Shown one piece after another: positions 38,766 to 49,239 of a stretch of DNA of 64,000 nt. Each line of letters begins with the position of its first letter. Within the stretch, counting starts at the first letter, position 1. The DNA comes from an uncultured archaeon (lineage in GTDB: Archaea > Thermoproteota > Bathyarchaeia > Bathyarchaeales > Bathycorpusculaceae): positions 64,001-128,000 of the forward strand of contig CAWENF010000021.1 of assembly GCA_963810275.1 (NCBI GenBank). Reading direction: 5' to 3'. Under the pieces are notes generated by a model that was not told the origin of the DNA, ran no database searches, and saw only the letters and a list, made by a program, of their open reading frames with translations. The position numbers and the translations under genes were made by a program.

Positions 38766-39935
38766 GTGTTTTTAATGGTAAAGATTGTAGACGATGTTTT
38801 TTCAAAGGGGTTCATAGAAGTACAAGAGGATGACTCTGTTTCTTCTGTTCAATCACTTTTCAAAAAAGGGCTGCCGCCTGTTTTAGCAGTCTTTGACAGA
38901 AAAGGCAATTACAAAGGGGTTATTTCCCAAAAATCAATAAAGAGATCCAGTTTTGATGAATCTGGAACTAAAGTAAAAAATTTAACAAAATCCGCGCCCG
39001 TCGTTACCCTACAGGATACGCTAAGCAAAGTTGCTAAATTAATGATCGAAAGCGAAATTAGGCAACTTCCAGTTTACAGTGAAAACAAGCTCTTAGGTTT
39101 TGTAACTGACGAGGATGTTATCCATGGGGCCATTATGGAGCAGTGGGGGAATAAACATGTTGAAGAAATAATGACCAAGAAGCCTTTTGTCTTAGAAGAA
39201 GATGAATCATTAGGGACAGTGCTAAGCCTTATAAGAAGCGAAGGAATCTCGCATGTCCCCATAGTTAAAGAAGGAAAACTCGTGGGAATTGTGAGCCTAT
39301 CCGACATTATTAATAATGTTTTTCAACCCAAACATGTACAAAGGTTTGGTGAAATGGTTGGCCAAAAAGTTTCTGCTTTGAGTATTCCTGCAAAGGGGAT
39401 TATGGTGCAGCCTGTGGTCACTGTTTTGCCTGAATCTAAATTGCGAGACGCCGAGGAGCAGATGCATAAATTCAACATTTCATCTTTGGTAATTATAGGC
39501 AAAGGAAGACCAGTCGGAATCTTAACTAAGCGAGATTTTCTTGAACCTCTCGCGCAAATGGAAAAACCACCGGAAAGGCTTACTGTTCAGTTTTCAGTAA
39601 AAGATGTAGAGATTGATGAAACCCAAAGAAGCGCTGTTATGGACGACTTCGAATCGTTCACACACAGATACGGCGAAACTTTAGAGGCTGGTACGTTATT
39701 TGTCTACATGAAAACGCATGGCACAAACTTCAAAGGTGATCAGTTAATTCACTGCCGACTGCAATTTAGAACAAACAAGGGCGCGTTTTTCAGTTCAGGC
39801 GAAGGCTATGGGGTTGAACAGACATTTAAAATCGCGTTAGATAGGCTTGAGGGTCAAATTGTGAAGAGTACTGAATTAGCAAATGACCACGACTTTCTGA
39901 GGGGCTATTTGAGGCGGAGATTTCCGTTGACTTAA
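38766..39935 (+). CDS. Four-CBS-domain protein with C-terminal HPF/RaiA-like domain (candidate archaeal ribosome hibernation factor)
   Basis: CBS repeats (RQLPV..LLGFVT, SHVPIV..LVGIVS, SSLVI..PVGILT). C-terminus IHCRLQF...FSSGEGYGVEQTFKIALDRLEGQIVK. Confidence 0.8.
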   Translation: MFLMVKIVDDVFSKGFIEVQEDDSVSSVQSLFKKGLPPVLAVFDRKGNYKGVISQKSIKRSSFDESGTKVKNLTKSAPVVTLQDTLSKVAKLMIESEIRQLPVYSENKLLGFVTDEDVIHGAIMEQWGNKHVEEIMTKKPFVLEEDESLGTVLSLIRSEGISHVPIVKEGKLVGIVSLSDIINNVFQPKHVQRFGEMVGQKVSALSIPAKGIMVQPVVTVLPESKLRDAEEQMHKFNISSLVIIGKGRPVGILTKRDFLEPLAQMEKPPERLTVQFSVKDVEIDETQRSAVMDDFESFTHRYGETLEAGTLFVYMKTHGTNFKGDQLIHCRLQFRTNKGAFFSSGEGYGVEQTFKIALDRLEGQIVKSTELANDHDFLRGYLRRRFPLT

Positions 39936-40076
39936 TGCCGCTTGAACAAGCTCTTGATGTTTCGCTGTTTGTCACAACAAATTGTTAACGTCAAGACATC
40001 GCCTCTTTTTTTGGCTCTCTCCTCATTAAGAAATTTAAATACGCCGTCACAGTAACATGTTAGTGGAGATTTCATT

Positions 40077-40382
40077 ATGAGCAGTTTTTTAGTTTCTTTA
40101 CCCCCTAATTGGGCTGATTTCTTGAAAGGTTTAGCCGATGACCACGATGTTGACGTTAGTTTGGTTATTGGTGGATTATGCGATTGGGTTTTTTCTAGTC
40201 CTCAATACAAGAGGCAATTTGAAGTTTGGTTGGATAGTGTTTATCCGCTAAAAGGTCAAGCTGAAGATAGAGCCAGAGTTAAAGGTGAGCAAGCAAGCAT
40301 GCGTGAAGAAGCACGGCAAGATGAATCTGAAGAAGAAGTCCATGAGGATAGAAACTACAGTGAAGACAGAGAGCTGCATTAA
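40077..40382 (+). CDS. Hypothetical protein (possible ribbon-helix-helix N-terminus, acidic tail)
   Basis: SD GGAG and TATA TTTAAATA. N-terminus LVSLP......LK.LA.....DVS.VI. Confidence 0.65.
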   Translation: MSSFLVSLPPNWADFLKGLADDHDVDVSLVIGGLCDWVFSSPQYKRQFEVWLDSVYPLKGQAEDRARVKGEQASMREEARQDESEEEVHEDRNYSEDRELH

Positions 40383-40650
40383 TTATGGGGATCTAGAAGT
40401 CTTTTTTGGGTATATTCTTTTGTTCTGCTTACTAAATTAGTAATTAACTTTAGAAGTATATGCTCGATAGTGAATAAATTATATTTCAGTTTACTTTTTC
40501 CATTCGCAAACTCATTATAAATCGTAGAAAAATAGCGTTACTCACAATATTCAATGAGAATTTGCAAACGTTAGGTTTAAAGGAGGCGATAAGTAACTAT
40601 AGTTAAATACTGAGCTTTTTTCGAATTCGAAGCTTAAGTCGGTCTTACTT

Positions 40651-41679
40651 ATGAAACAGGTTTCTAAAAACTTAATCTCTAAAAAAAATGCACCTCACGT
40701 TTCGGAAAACTTGCGGATGGGCTTTAGGGTCTACAACGGGTTGATTTCAAATCTATGTGGTCATAAGGTTCCTTTTTTTTGCGGCCATAAATTAACCTAC
40801 AACTGTAATTTAAAATGTAAAATGTGTCCCTTTTGGAAGCGCATCAGTCCGGATTCCAGCTTAGAGCAGGAAAAAGCGATTCTAAAACAGATCTACAATT
40901 CGGGAGCTTGCGGAGTCGCCTTTGAAGGGGGCGAACCACTTCTTAGACGTGATCTGGTAGACATTCTTGCTTTTTCCCGGTCTCTGCCTTTGCATACAAG
41001 TCTAATAACAAACGGCACTCTGCTTAAATCCAGAATCAATGAGATAGCTCCCTACATTAATGGCGTCGTTTATGTTTCGTTGGATGGCTTAGAGAAGACC
41101 CATGATGCAATACGAGGGCTAAATGGATGTTTCAAGAAAGCAGTAGATGGCATAAATGCGGCAAAACAAAAAATTCCCGTAACCATCAACGCTACGGTGA
41201 TGGCTGAAAACGTTGACGAAATTGAAAGCTTGGTAGAGTTGGCTAAAGATTTGGGGGTAAAAATTTCTGTAGCTGTAGCCCATGAATACTGCAATTCCAA
41301 TGCTTCTTCCCCTACCCTTGACAGAACAGCCGAAATAGCGCATAGACTCATGGAAATGAAACGGCTAGGTTACCCCATAGTCAATTCAATCAATTACCTA
41401 AAAGTTGTGGCTAAAGAGAAAAACTGGAAGTGCAAACCATGGACTATGATAAACATTGACCCCGAAGGGAAGGTGGTTTTGCCCTGCTATGTGCACAACG
41501 ATTACGCGAGTAGTGTTTCTATCTTTGAAAACGGCATTAAAAATGCGCTTTCTGGATTTGAATGGAAAAAAATAGAAAACTGTCAAAAGTGCAGTTTACA
41601 CTGCTACGTTGAGCCTTCGCTTGTGCTTTCCAAAGATATTAGTGCTTACATGCACTGGGCATTCCACGTTAGCATCTAA
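40651..41679 (+). CDS. Radical SAM protein with C-terminal Cys-rich domain (PTO1314/DUF3463-like)
   Basis: Motifs CNLKCKMC, GGEP, TNG, VSLDG, C.PW...PC and CQKCSLHCYVEPS. Confidence 0.88.
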   Translation: MKQVSKNLISKKNAPHVSENLRMGFRVYNGLISNLCGHKVPFFCGHKLTYNCNLKCKMCPFWKRISPDSSLEQEKAILKQIYNSGACGVAFEGGEPLLRRDLVDILAFSRSLPLHTSLITNGTLLKSRINEIAPYINGVVYVSLDGLEKTHDAIRGLNGCFKKAVDGINAAKQKIPVTINATVMAENVDEIESLVELAKDLGVKISVAVAHEYCNSNASSPTLDRTAEIAHRLMEMKRLGYPIVNSINYLKVVAKEKNWKCKPWTMINIDPEGKVVLPCYVHNDYASSVSIFENGIKNALSGFEWKKIENCQKCSLHCYVEPSLVLSKDISAYMHWAFHVSI

Positions 41680-41689
41680 AGACCACCAC

Positions 41690-42178
41690 TCAAGCCCTGA
41701 CTGTTGGGATTAAGTAAGAATCTGCGAGTTGCTTCTGTTTTGTAGTAAGGTGTAAGCCCTTGCACAATTGATCTAAAATTTCTCTAAGCTCTTCAGCCTT
41801 ATCCTCCGGCATTTGCATAGTCGGACTCTTTCTTTCATAAGCCTCTAAAATAATTGTTAGTTGATCTATGTATTTTCTGTTTGCCATGATGTTTAATCGT
41901 TTCTTTCTAAAATTTTTCATCCATTCTGAAACGTTCTGTTCCGTTAAACGATCAATGCAAACATTTCCAACATGTAGTGTGTGAACTTCATCGCTTTTAA
42001 TGATTGAAATCTCCCATTCGGGATAACCTCCACACACATCACATCTCATTGTTGGTGTTGCAACATAATTATCGATTAAACGATATACCTTGTTCTTGTA
42101 CCTAAACGAGGGAATTCGCCGCAAATAAGTAGCGACCTCCCTATTCAACTCCAATAGAACCTCATCAGTTTTTGGCAT
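41690..42178 (-). CDS. Hypothetical protein with putative Zn site
   Basis: From ATG 42178 (SD GGAG): CDVCG...VGNVCID. Confidence 0.7.
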   Translation of the reverse strand: MPKTDEVLLELNREVATYLRRIPSFRYKNKVYRLIDNYVATPTMRCDVCGGYPEWEISIIKSDEVHTLHVGNVCIDRLTEQNVSEWMKNFRKKRLNIMANRKYIDQLTIILEAYERKSPTMQMPEDKAEELREILDQLCKGLHLTTKQKQLADSYLIPTVRA

Positions 42179-42437
42179 ATTTAGCGCTCCTATTTTGAAA
42201 TTAATTCTGTGAGCAAACAAAATATTTTTCCTTTGGCTGCTATTATTTCTCAATTGATTGTTAATAAAGTTCTCGTTACCCTTAATTGTGCTTATAGTTC
42301 GTTCATTAACTGACAACAAATTGTCTATTTAACAAGGAAACTTTACGATTTTTGATTTAAAAACTAGACATTGAAAAAGGAATTTTGAGGCATCTCTAAA
42401 AAGTTGAAAGTCACAACAGATCAAAGATTTCTAATTC

Positions 42438-42860
42438 CTACTTGACTATTGTAAATATAAGGATGAATTTTGTATCTTTTTCTTATTCTCCTTCAAAATG
42501 TAACGTTCCACCCATTGCTGCATTAATTTTTTTCACACTGCTAAGCCAATTTCTTGACATTTAGCTTTAGTATTGAAAATAGGGGCCGAAATCTATGCTT
42601 TAACCTCTTCACATATTGTGGTCAACCGTATTCCCTATAGTAATTAAAGACTTATCTTGCTGGTAGGAAGCGCTAACAGTTGGCTTTCCCTTCACTGGGC
42701 ATCGCTTGCAAAGCATTAGAAACAAGGTTAATTAATATCTTTACATAGCTGATGATCAAGTTTCAATTTGGGAAAGTCTGTCTACAAGAATTGAAGCAAC
42801 TATTTCCTTAGGTATAGTAATAGAGTATAAAACGTCTTGAAATAGTTTGACAACGCAACT
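42438..42860 (-). pseudogene. Degraded histidine kinase ATPase domain
   Basis: Pieces DFPKLKLD, LINLVSNALQAMPSEGK, PIFNTKAKCQEIGLSSVKK and AMGGTLHF...TKF, with stops and frameshifts. Confidence 0.8.
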
Positions 42861-42934
42861 TATATCCCTTAAATTATCGAATTAAGTGCGAGAAATTTAC
42901 ACCTGAGTTCGATTATAAATGCAGAGGTTTACTG

Positions 42935-43004
42935 GGGCGCTGAAGAGATTCAAGGAGAAACTTGCAAACCGCGACTCTGTAACTATTATCGCGCTTCAGC
43001 GCCC
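42935..43004. other. GC-rich inverted repeat, possible small structured RNA or terminator
   Basis: GGGCGCTGAAG (42935-42945) pairs with CTTCAGCGCCC (42994-43004). TTATAAA upstream, T6 tract downstream. Confidence 0.4.
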
Positions 43005-43076
43005 ACTCAGCCCGCTTTTTTACGTTTTCAGGGAAAACAAAAAAGAAAAGGGAAGGATGTTTTGGGTTTTTTCGGT

Positions 43077-45671
43077 TTATGCCTTTTTCAGGATAAGTAC
43101 ACCGACGACTGCGATTGCAATGATAATTGCAATTGCTGCTGCCACGATGTAGGTCATGAGATCGGCTGTTGTTGCTACGTTATTTATTGGGGTAGCTGTT
43201 GGTGCTGGAGTCACTATGTCTGAAGCGTAGAATGAGGTTTCTGCTGATGAGCCGAAGTAGCCGTTTGAGCCTTCAAAGACTGCATAGACTTGGTATGCTC
43301 CTGCGATGTCTGGTGCCCAATTGAGTGTGAACATACCGCTTGCATCGGTTGTTGTGGACCCAATTGTTCTGTAGTTACCATTTGCGTCCATAACATAGAC
43401 AGTAACTGGAACACCTGTTAAGTCGGTTGGTAGTGGTTGGTCTTCGTATAGTGCCGCCATGAAGTCGCTCATGCTTGCGTCTGAGACTGCTGGAACGCCA
43501 TTGGGATAACGCATTGCTTGCTCATTTTGATTAGTGCCTGCAGAGATATCAGTGACTGAACCACGGATAGTGATATATTCGCATACTGCTGCGCCAACAT
43601 CAGGAGCTGAAACAGTAGTCTTGGTTGGGCCTTTACCAACAGTGTAGAGTTGACTGTCATAGCAGTTATACATTACACCGTAGCCATCAGCCATAGGGAA
43701 TGATTGCATAGAGTTACCCAGACCACAAGCTGACCAGTCAAGCAAAGTCCAAAGTTCCTCACCAGTAGTAGCGTTTAGCGCTCGTGTTAGTGCTCCGCCA
43801 TAGAGTGGGTTTGAAGGTGAGTGCTCACCAGTGAAAGTGTAGAGTACGCCGTTGCCGAATGCTGCGATTTGTGTTGGGTAGTTGCCCCAAGGTCCGTTGT
43901 CTGCCATGTTAGTAGAGTTGCCTTCGCCGCCGTTGCCATAGGTCCACTGTAGGCTGCCGTCAAGCATAGAGTATGCATAGACGATACCGCCATATCCAGA
44001 GACATACAGATTACCGTTGTAAGGTACACCTGAGCGTGAGCTGTAGTATTGGAATCCATATTGTTCACCAAGAGGACCCCAAAGCTTCTCGCCGGTTGTT
44101 AGGCTGTAGCCTAAACGTTGGCCTGTTTCTGCGATTGTCATGGCAAAGGTCATTGTTGTTGGGTCAATTGGGTAGGTTGTGAACATTTGTGTTTGGTTGT
44201 TTGCTGGTGCATCGTACTGCTTCTTCCATAGTAGGTTGCCGCGTGAGTTAGCATCGTCGCTTAGCGCCCAGATTGTCCATGGATCATGGTTGGGTCTTGG
44301 CTGTGAAGTTGTTGCTAGACTGCTGCTTGCACCAAGAATTGCATTGCCTTCAACTACACCGATGATGCTTGGGTTTGTATCGCCAACAAGATCAGCGGTA
44401 ATAGTTTGGTTCCAGCTATAGCAAACATCAGAGGTGCCATCAAATACGCGTCCAGGTGCTGCCCAGACATCAATTGAGCTAGTGCTGCCGAAAAGTTTTG
44501 TCATGTTCCAAAGAGCTAGCCAGCCGGATTTTGCGGTTTGGTCGTAGTTGAGTTCGTAGATGAGCATGTCTCCGCCGTTCGTCATAACTTGCGCTCCGGA
44601 TGGAACGTTTGTTATGTTGAAGACCCATTTGCCGTCAAATGCGTTATAACCAACCCATGTTGTTGGCTGTCCGCGTCCGCCTACAGCCTGCCAGAGTATT
44701 GCTCCGCCTGGACCGTAGCCGTTGGCTGACTTGTAGTTAGTCATTGTTGCAAATGTTGGGTAAATGTTGTCATTGCTCCAGATTTCTTTGCCGGTTAGCA
44801 AGTCAACTGCGACTTCACCGCCGCCGTAGCCGCTATAGCCGGATGGTTTCTGGTAGTAGAGAACGCCATTAATAATGATCGGGTTTTGGAAACGAATGTT
44901 GTATGCCATGCCAGAATAGTATGCACCAGGTTCGTCAGCAGGTAATTGTGGTTCAGAGATCGTGCTGCCAAGTGAGCCACCAAACTCAACCGGTTTAGTC
45001 CACATAACGTGGGAAGTTAGAGGAACTGCGCCATTGTATTGGATGTAGCTTTGTGGTAGTGACATTAAGCTAGAGGATTGTGCAGATCCGCCTAGCCAGT
45101 TAGAGCCGATGGTTAATGCAGCAAAGGTATTTAGGTTCTGGTTTATTGGTCTAGCCCAGTACTCAGTTGGAAGTGGATTTTGTGGTAATATATTTACTGG
45201 TTCTTCTTGTACAACCCATTGGTATGTTGCGTTGGCTGGTGTGTAGTAGTCACCTTCGTAGGCGCCGCCGAAGTCGTAGGTTTGGCCTGGGAATAAGAAG
45301 GTAATATTGTAGGTGCCGACTTGTTCTGGTGTGTAAGGAAGTGCCTGTGCAGAAGTAGTGTCCTTAACTGTGTCGAATGTGAAAGTTTCTTCTGTACCGT
45401 CGGGAGCGGTTATGATGAATTTGTAGTTTTCAAAACGAACATCGTTGAATGCATTTGCCCCACCAATAACATAGTTAAGCCAACCGTAGATTAACCCGCT
45501 TTGACCAACACCGACAGGTGAAGGTGAAGCGAAGCAGTAAGCGACAGGTGTTATTTCCCATGCTGGGGTATGTGCTGAAGCTGTGCTATTTGTGAATAGT
45601 GCGCCGCAGATTGAGACTGATAGAATCGATATTATAACAATAGCTAGTGTTTTATTTTTTGATATATGCAT
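43077..45671 (-). CDS. Large surface-anchored PQQ-like beta-propeller protein
   Basis: Signal peptide from ATG 45671 (SD GGAG), LPTEYWARPI, repeated TG..LW blades, GVPAVSD, C-terminal TM. Confidence 0.9.
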   Translation of the reverse strand: MHISKNKTLAIVIISILSVSICGALFTNSTASAHTPAWEITPVAYCFASPSPVGVGQSGLIYGWLNYVIGGANAFNDVRFENYKFIITAPDGTEETFTFDTVKDTTSAQALPYTPEQVGTYNITFLFPGQTYDFGGAYEGDYYTPANATYQWVVQEEPVNILPQNPLPTEYWARPINQNLNTFAALTIGSNWLGGSAQSSSLMSLPQSYIQYNGAVPLTSHVMWTKPVEFGGSLGSTISEPQLPADEPGAYYSGMAYNIRFQNPIIINGVLYYQKPSGYSGYGGGEVAVDLLTGKEIWSNDNIYPTFATMTNYKSANGYGPGGAILWQAVGGRGQPTTWVGYNAFDGKWVFNITNVPSGAQVMTNGGDMLIYELNYDQTAKSGWLALWNMTKLFGSTSSIDVWAAPGRVFDGTSDVCYSWNQTITADLVGDTNPSIIGVVEGNAILGASSSLATTSQPRPNHDPWTIWALSDDANSRGNLLWKKQYDAPANNQTQMFTTYPIDPTTMTFAMTIAETGQRLGYSLTTGEKLWGPLGEQYGFQYYSSRSGVPYNGNLYVSGYGGIVYAYSMLDGSLQWTYGNGGEGNSTNMADNGPWGNYPTQIAAFGNGVLYTFTGEHSPSNPLYGGALTRALNATTGEELWTLLDWSACGLGNSMQSFPMADGYGVMYNCYDSQLYTVGKGPTKTTVSAPDVGAAVCEYITIRGSVTDISAGTNQNEQAMRYPNGVPAVSDASMSDFMAALYEDQPLPTDLTGVPVTVYVMDANGNYRTIGSTTTDASGMFTLNWAPDIAGAYQVYAVFEGSNGYFGSSAETSFYASDIVTPAPTATPINNVATTADLMTYIVAAAIAIIIAIAVVGVLILKKA

Positions 45672-45804
45672 TTTTCTTTCTCCTAATTTCGACATTGGTT
45701 TCTTCACGGAAGATTTTTCAATGCCTTTGCCCAACGAAATTCACAAGAACCTAATAAGATGGTGTTGGTTGGTTACCCTACAACAGGCATTCTTGCTTAA
45801 TTGC

Positions 45805-45821
45805 ACATTATGCCCTAATGT
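45805..45821. promoter_or_regulatory. Operator candidate between the divergent surface-protein and TrmB genes
   Basis: ACATTA-N5-TAATGT palindrome next to a TTTTATATA box. Confidence 0.4.
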
Positions 45822-45890
45822 ACGTTAGGTGCATCCATTTTATATATTAAAACCTAGCACTCAAGGATAAGCATAAGGAGTAAGATAGAC

Positions 45891-46766
45891 ATGGGTATGC
45901 AAGAAAAAGGGGATAACATAAACACGCTTGTGGAATTGGGGCTTACCAAAACACAGGCAAGAATCTATCTTACATTGGCAGAAAGAGGAATCTTATCCAT
46001 AAGACTGGTCGCAGAATACTCAGGTGTTGGCCGCCCAGAAACATACCGGGCAATGCTTGAACTTAACCATCGGGGACTAGCTGAAATGATTCTGTCGTCT
46101 CCAACAACATATAAACCGCTTCCAATACCCGATGCAGTAAATCTTTTAATGGAACAAAAACAGCAAGCGATATCGCAGTTAAAAGAAAAAACGAAAAAGC
46201 TTCTTGAAGATCATAAAAAGGAGACGATAAACCAAGCATCACTTGTTGAAAGAGAATTTGTTCTACTACCAAAAGGAAAAAGCGGCATCAATAAAGCAAT
46301 AGCAGCCATAAAAGCCGCTCAGTCGACTATAGAATTTATTATTTCAATAAAGAAGTTTAATCAATTACTTGTGATAGCAAGTGATGACTTAATTGAATCA
46401 GCTAAACGCGGCGTAAAAATATATCTTATTGTGGACAAAAACAACCTCAATAAATCATTATCAAAAATATTCAACAAATTATGCACTAATGCCTCCTTCA
46501 AATACATCGATAAGTTACCTAAGCCGTTTACAGCAGTATTTGATAATACAACTATTCTAATGGAAACTGCAGAAAACGATTTTTGTCAATCAACAATGCT
46601 TTGGTCTAATAATATTGTGTTTGTTGATACTATCCATAATTACTTCAAAGTTCTTTGGTCTTGCAACCAATCAAAAATGTTCAAACCTATGGTTGAATCT
46701 TTGGAAGGAGAAAAGTTTGAAATAGCTGATTTTCAACATGAAAGTTTAGACAATCCACTAAACTGA
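45891..46766 (+). CDS. TrmB family transcriptional regulator
   Basis: LGLT..QARIY..L and VGRPETYR...L...GL, plus a PLD-like C-terminal domain (MLWSNN). Confidence 0.9.
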   Translation: MGMQEKGDNINTLVELGLTKTQARIYLTLAERGILSIRLVAEYSGVGRPETYRAMLELNHRGLAEMILSSPTTYKPLPIPDAVNLLMEQKQQAISQLKEKTKKLLEDHKKETINQASLVEREFVLLPKGKSGINKAIAAIKAAQSTIEFIISIKKFNQLLVIASDDLIESAKRGVKIYLIVDKNNLNKSLSKIFNKLCTNASFKYIDKLPKPFTAVFDNTTILMETAENDFCQSTMLWSNNIVFVDTIHNYFKVLWSCNQSKMFKPMVESLEGEKFEIADFQHESLDNPLN

Positions 46767-47036
46767 GAGACCCATGCGTCTGAGAAACTCGTTTGTCTTA
46801 CGTATTTGAGCAAGACAGTTTAGTCCTTTCTCAGTTATTATAAGACCTTCGTTTGTTTTCTGAATTAATTCTAAAACTAAGAAATTATCTATGATTTTTT
46901 GGAATCTATCATAGGGAAGGTTGGCGCGGTGTGCAACCCTGGTAGGGCTAGCGCTACCAGAGTGTCCACCCTCATGATATATACTGTCGAGGATAGCAGA
47001 GTATATGTCTACTTTACTACGCTTGTTACCCGTCAA
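46758..47036 (-). CDS. Archaeal winged helix-turn-helix protein
   Basis: KRSKVDIYSAIL, TRVAHRANLPY and ITEKG. Confidence 0.85.
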   Translation of the reverse strand: MTGNKRSKVDIYSAILDSIYHEGGHSGSASPTRVAHRANLPYDRFQKIIDNFLVLELIQKTNEGLIITEKGLNCLAQIRKTNEFLRRMGLSV

Positions 47037-47739
47037 CCATTACTGACTCCTTACTCGCCAAGTAATATATCCTGATGAATAGCAGCAAACTGACAACTCG
47101 TGCAACTTGAGATGAAATCAAGCAAGCTTCACCACCTCCGTCTATATCCCAGATTAAGAAACAAAATTGGCATAGCCAGAGTAAACCAAAAGCTAAGGGT
47201 GCACTTATTAACCCGGACACGCTGCCAGAATTATTCTCAAACTTTCGGGTTATAAAGAAAAGGATGTATGACACCAAAAAGAGGTTAGCTACAGTAAATA
47301 TTATGTTATCAGAGTAAATGCCGGGCAATCCAGTTGGGCTAAGGAGCACTAAGAGCCCGAAGATGCAGATTACGGCAGCAATTGACCATCCGGAGATGTC
47401 CACAATCGTATGCTTTGTGTTCTTTGGCGTTTTGTTAGAGAGGAAATATGAGAAAGCGATTAGGGTGAACCCCCAAGTCTGTGTGACTACACGCACCCAC
47501 ATTAGTGAGGGGGATAAAGTCATCACATACGGATACAAAAGGTGTAGAAACAGAAAAAAGTAAGATATCGCCAGAAACAGGAAACCAATGGGTACCGCAA
47601 GCAAGTATAGGGAGCGTTGTGTTCGGTAAACTCTTAGGAATAGGTAGAAAAGAACACTTGCTAAAACAACCGAGATAGCCCCAATGGTGATGTGCACTTC
47701 ATTCAACAATAGCCAATGTGCCCCAGCGAAATTGAGCAT
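47026..47739 (-). CDS. 7-TM membrane protein (putative sensor)
   Basis: About seven hydrophobic segments. Overlaps the downstream wHTH gene. Confidence 0.75.
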   Translation of the reverse strand: MLNFAGAHWLLLNEVHITIGAISVVLASVLFYLFLRVYRTQRSLYLLAVPIGFLFLAISYFFLFLHLLYPYVMTLSPSLMWVRVVTQTWGFTLIAFSYFLSNKTPKNTKHTIVDISGWSIAAVICIFGLLVLLSPTGLPGIYSDNIIFTVANLFLVSYILFFITRKFENNSGSVSGLISAPLAFGLLWLCQFCFLIWDIDGGGEACLISSQVARVVSLLLFIRIYYLASKESVMVDG

Positions 47740-47862
47740 TATTCAATTTAAGCTTGTTTATAAATTAACAAAACGACTTCCACCTCTCCGTGGATGTATT
47801 TTTGGTTAAAGCCGATTTGGTAAAGTTATAATTAAAAAGAGGTAAATACAAGTCTCTACAGA

Positions 47863-49239
47863 TTAAGAGGAAAAGAATTTTCGCAATTCCTCAATTTTGT
47901 GTATCTCTATAGAGTTACTGGCATGCTCCCTAATTGTTCGCTCACCAGCAGTAAACAACACCGTCTCTTTATCAGCGATTAAATTCATTTCGCATAATTT
48001 TTGAGCAACCGCTGAAATCCTGTCTTTTTCATTTAAGTAATCGATTAAAACTGGCTTAACGCCAAAGACTAACTCCAACTGTTTTTTAACTTTTATGTCG
48101 GGAGTGACAGCAATTATTGGTTGCGTAATTTTTAAGCGTGCTATCATACGAGCGGTGTAGCCAGTCTTAGTTAAAGTAATAACACTATCAAGGGGCATAC
48201 TTTGGCATATTCCCTGTATTGCCTTGCTTATTGTGTCTGAGATGTTTATGAAGCGGGTACCTTCAACTTTGCTTTTAACTGCTGTTTCTGTTTCGTGCGC
48301 TATACGCGCCATCATATCAACCGCTTCGACAGGATATTGACCAATAGCAGTCTCTCCGGAGAGCATAACTGCATCTGAACCATCCAAGATTGCATTTGCT
48401 ACGTCGCTGACTTCAGCTCTTGTTGGAGTTGGCTGATGAATCATTGACTCCAGCATCTCAGTAGCTGTTACCACTAACTTGCCCCTTTGGTTACATTGTT
48501 TTATAAGGGATTTCTGTACAAGCGGAACTTTTTCGGGCTCTATCTCGATACCTAAGTCGCCTCTTGCAACCATTATCCCTGTTGCAGCTTCTAGAATTTC
48601 AGCAGCATTTTTGACGCCCTCTGAATTTTCAATTTTAGCAATTATGCCGCCTTCGAACCCGTGAGTTTGCGAAAGCTCTTCGACGTCTTTTGCATTTCTA
48701 GTAAAAGAAAGCGCAGCATATTCGACGGTGTGCTTCTTTGCAAAACGCAAAACTTCAAGATCTTTCTGAGATAGAGTTGCAACAGAAAGGTGCTTATTAG
48801 GAATGTTAACACCTTTGCCGTCTGCTATTACGCCACCAGTTAAAACGCGTAAATGTAGCTTTCGATTATCTTTTTCAACGATTACTGTTTTGATCTTTCC
48901 GTTATCGATGAAGATAACGTCGTTAACGTCTACTTGTTCATAAAAATCATGGTTAAAACCAGTCTCTTCCCCTCCGAAACCGACTTCAAATATGTCATCT
49001 CTATTGAGGTTTTTTGGCACTGTTGCTCTTAGTCTAATTTCAGGACCCTTGAGATCAAGAATTATTGGAATCTCGGCTACTTCACGAACACTTTCAATAA
49101 TTGACTGATACTGCTCAAAGTTTCCATAGGCAGTATTTATTCGCACTCCATTGATGCCTAAACAGAACATTTTTTTGATGGTTTCTTTTTGAAAGCTTAA
49201 AGGTCCAATTGTGCAAATAATCTTTGTCTTCTTAAACAA
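47863..49239 (-). CDS. pyk: Pyruvate kinase
   Basis: Motifs KTKIICTIGP, DLKGPEIR, IIAKIEN, IMVARGDLG, PTRAEVSDVANA and MLSGETA. TTG 49239 follows SD GGTGAT. Confidence 0.97.
   Translation of the reverse strand: MFKKTKIICTIGPLSFQKETIKKMFCLGINGVRINTAYGNFEQYQSIIESVREVAEIPIILDLKGPEIRLRATVPKNLNRDDIFEVGFGGEETGFNHDFYEQVDVNDVIFIDNGKIKTVIVEKDNRKLHLRVLTGGVIADGKGVNIPNKHLSVATLSQKDLEVLRFAKKHTVEYAALSFTRNAKDVEELSQTHGFEGGIIAKIENSEGVKNAAEILEAATGIMVARGDLGIEIEPEKVPLVQKSLIKQCNQRGKLVVTATEMLESMIHQPTPTRAEVSDVANAILDGSDAVMLSGETAIGQYPVEAVDMMARIAHETETAVKSKVEGTRFINISDTISKAIQGICQSMPLDSVITLTKTGYTARMIARLKITQPIIAVTPDIKVKKQLELVFGVKPVLIDYLNEKDRISAVAQKLCEMNLIADKETVLFTAGERTIREHASNSIEIHKIEELRKFFSS

Noticed and set aside
42919-43152. 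77-aa plus-strand ORF
   Set aside because: It spans the hairpin, the terminator-like tract and the antisense 3' end of the surface-protein gene.
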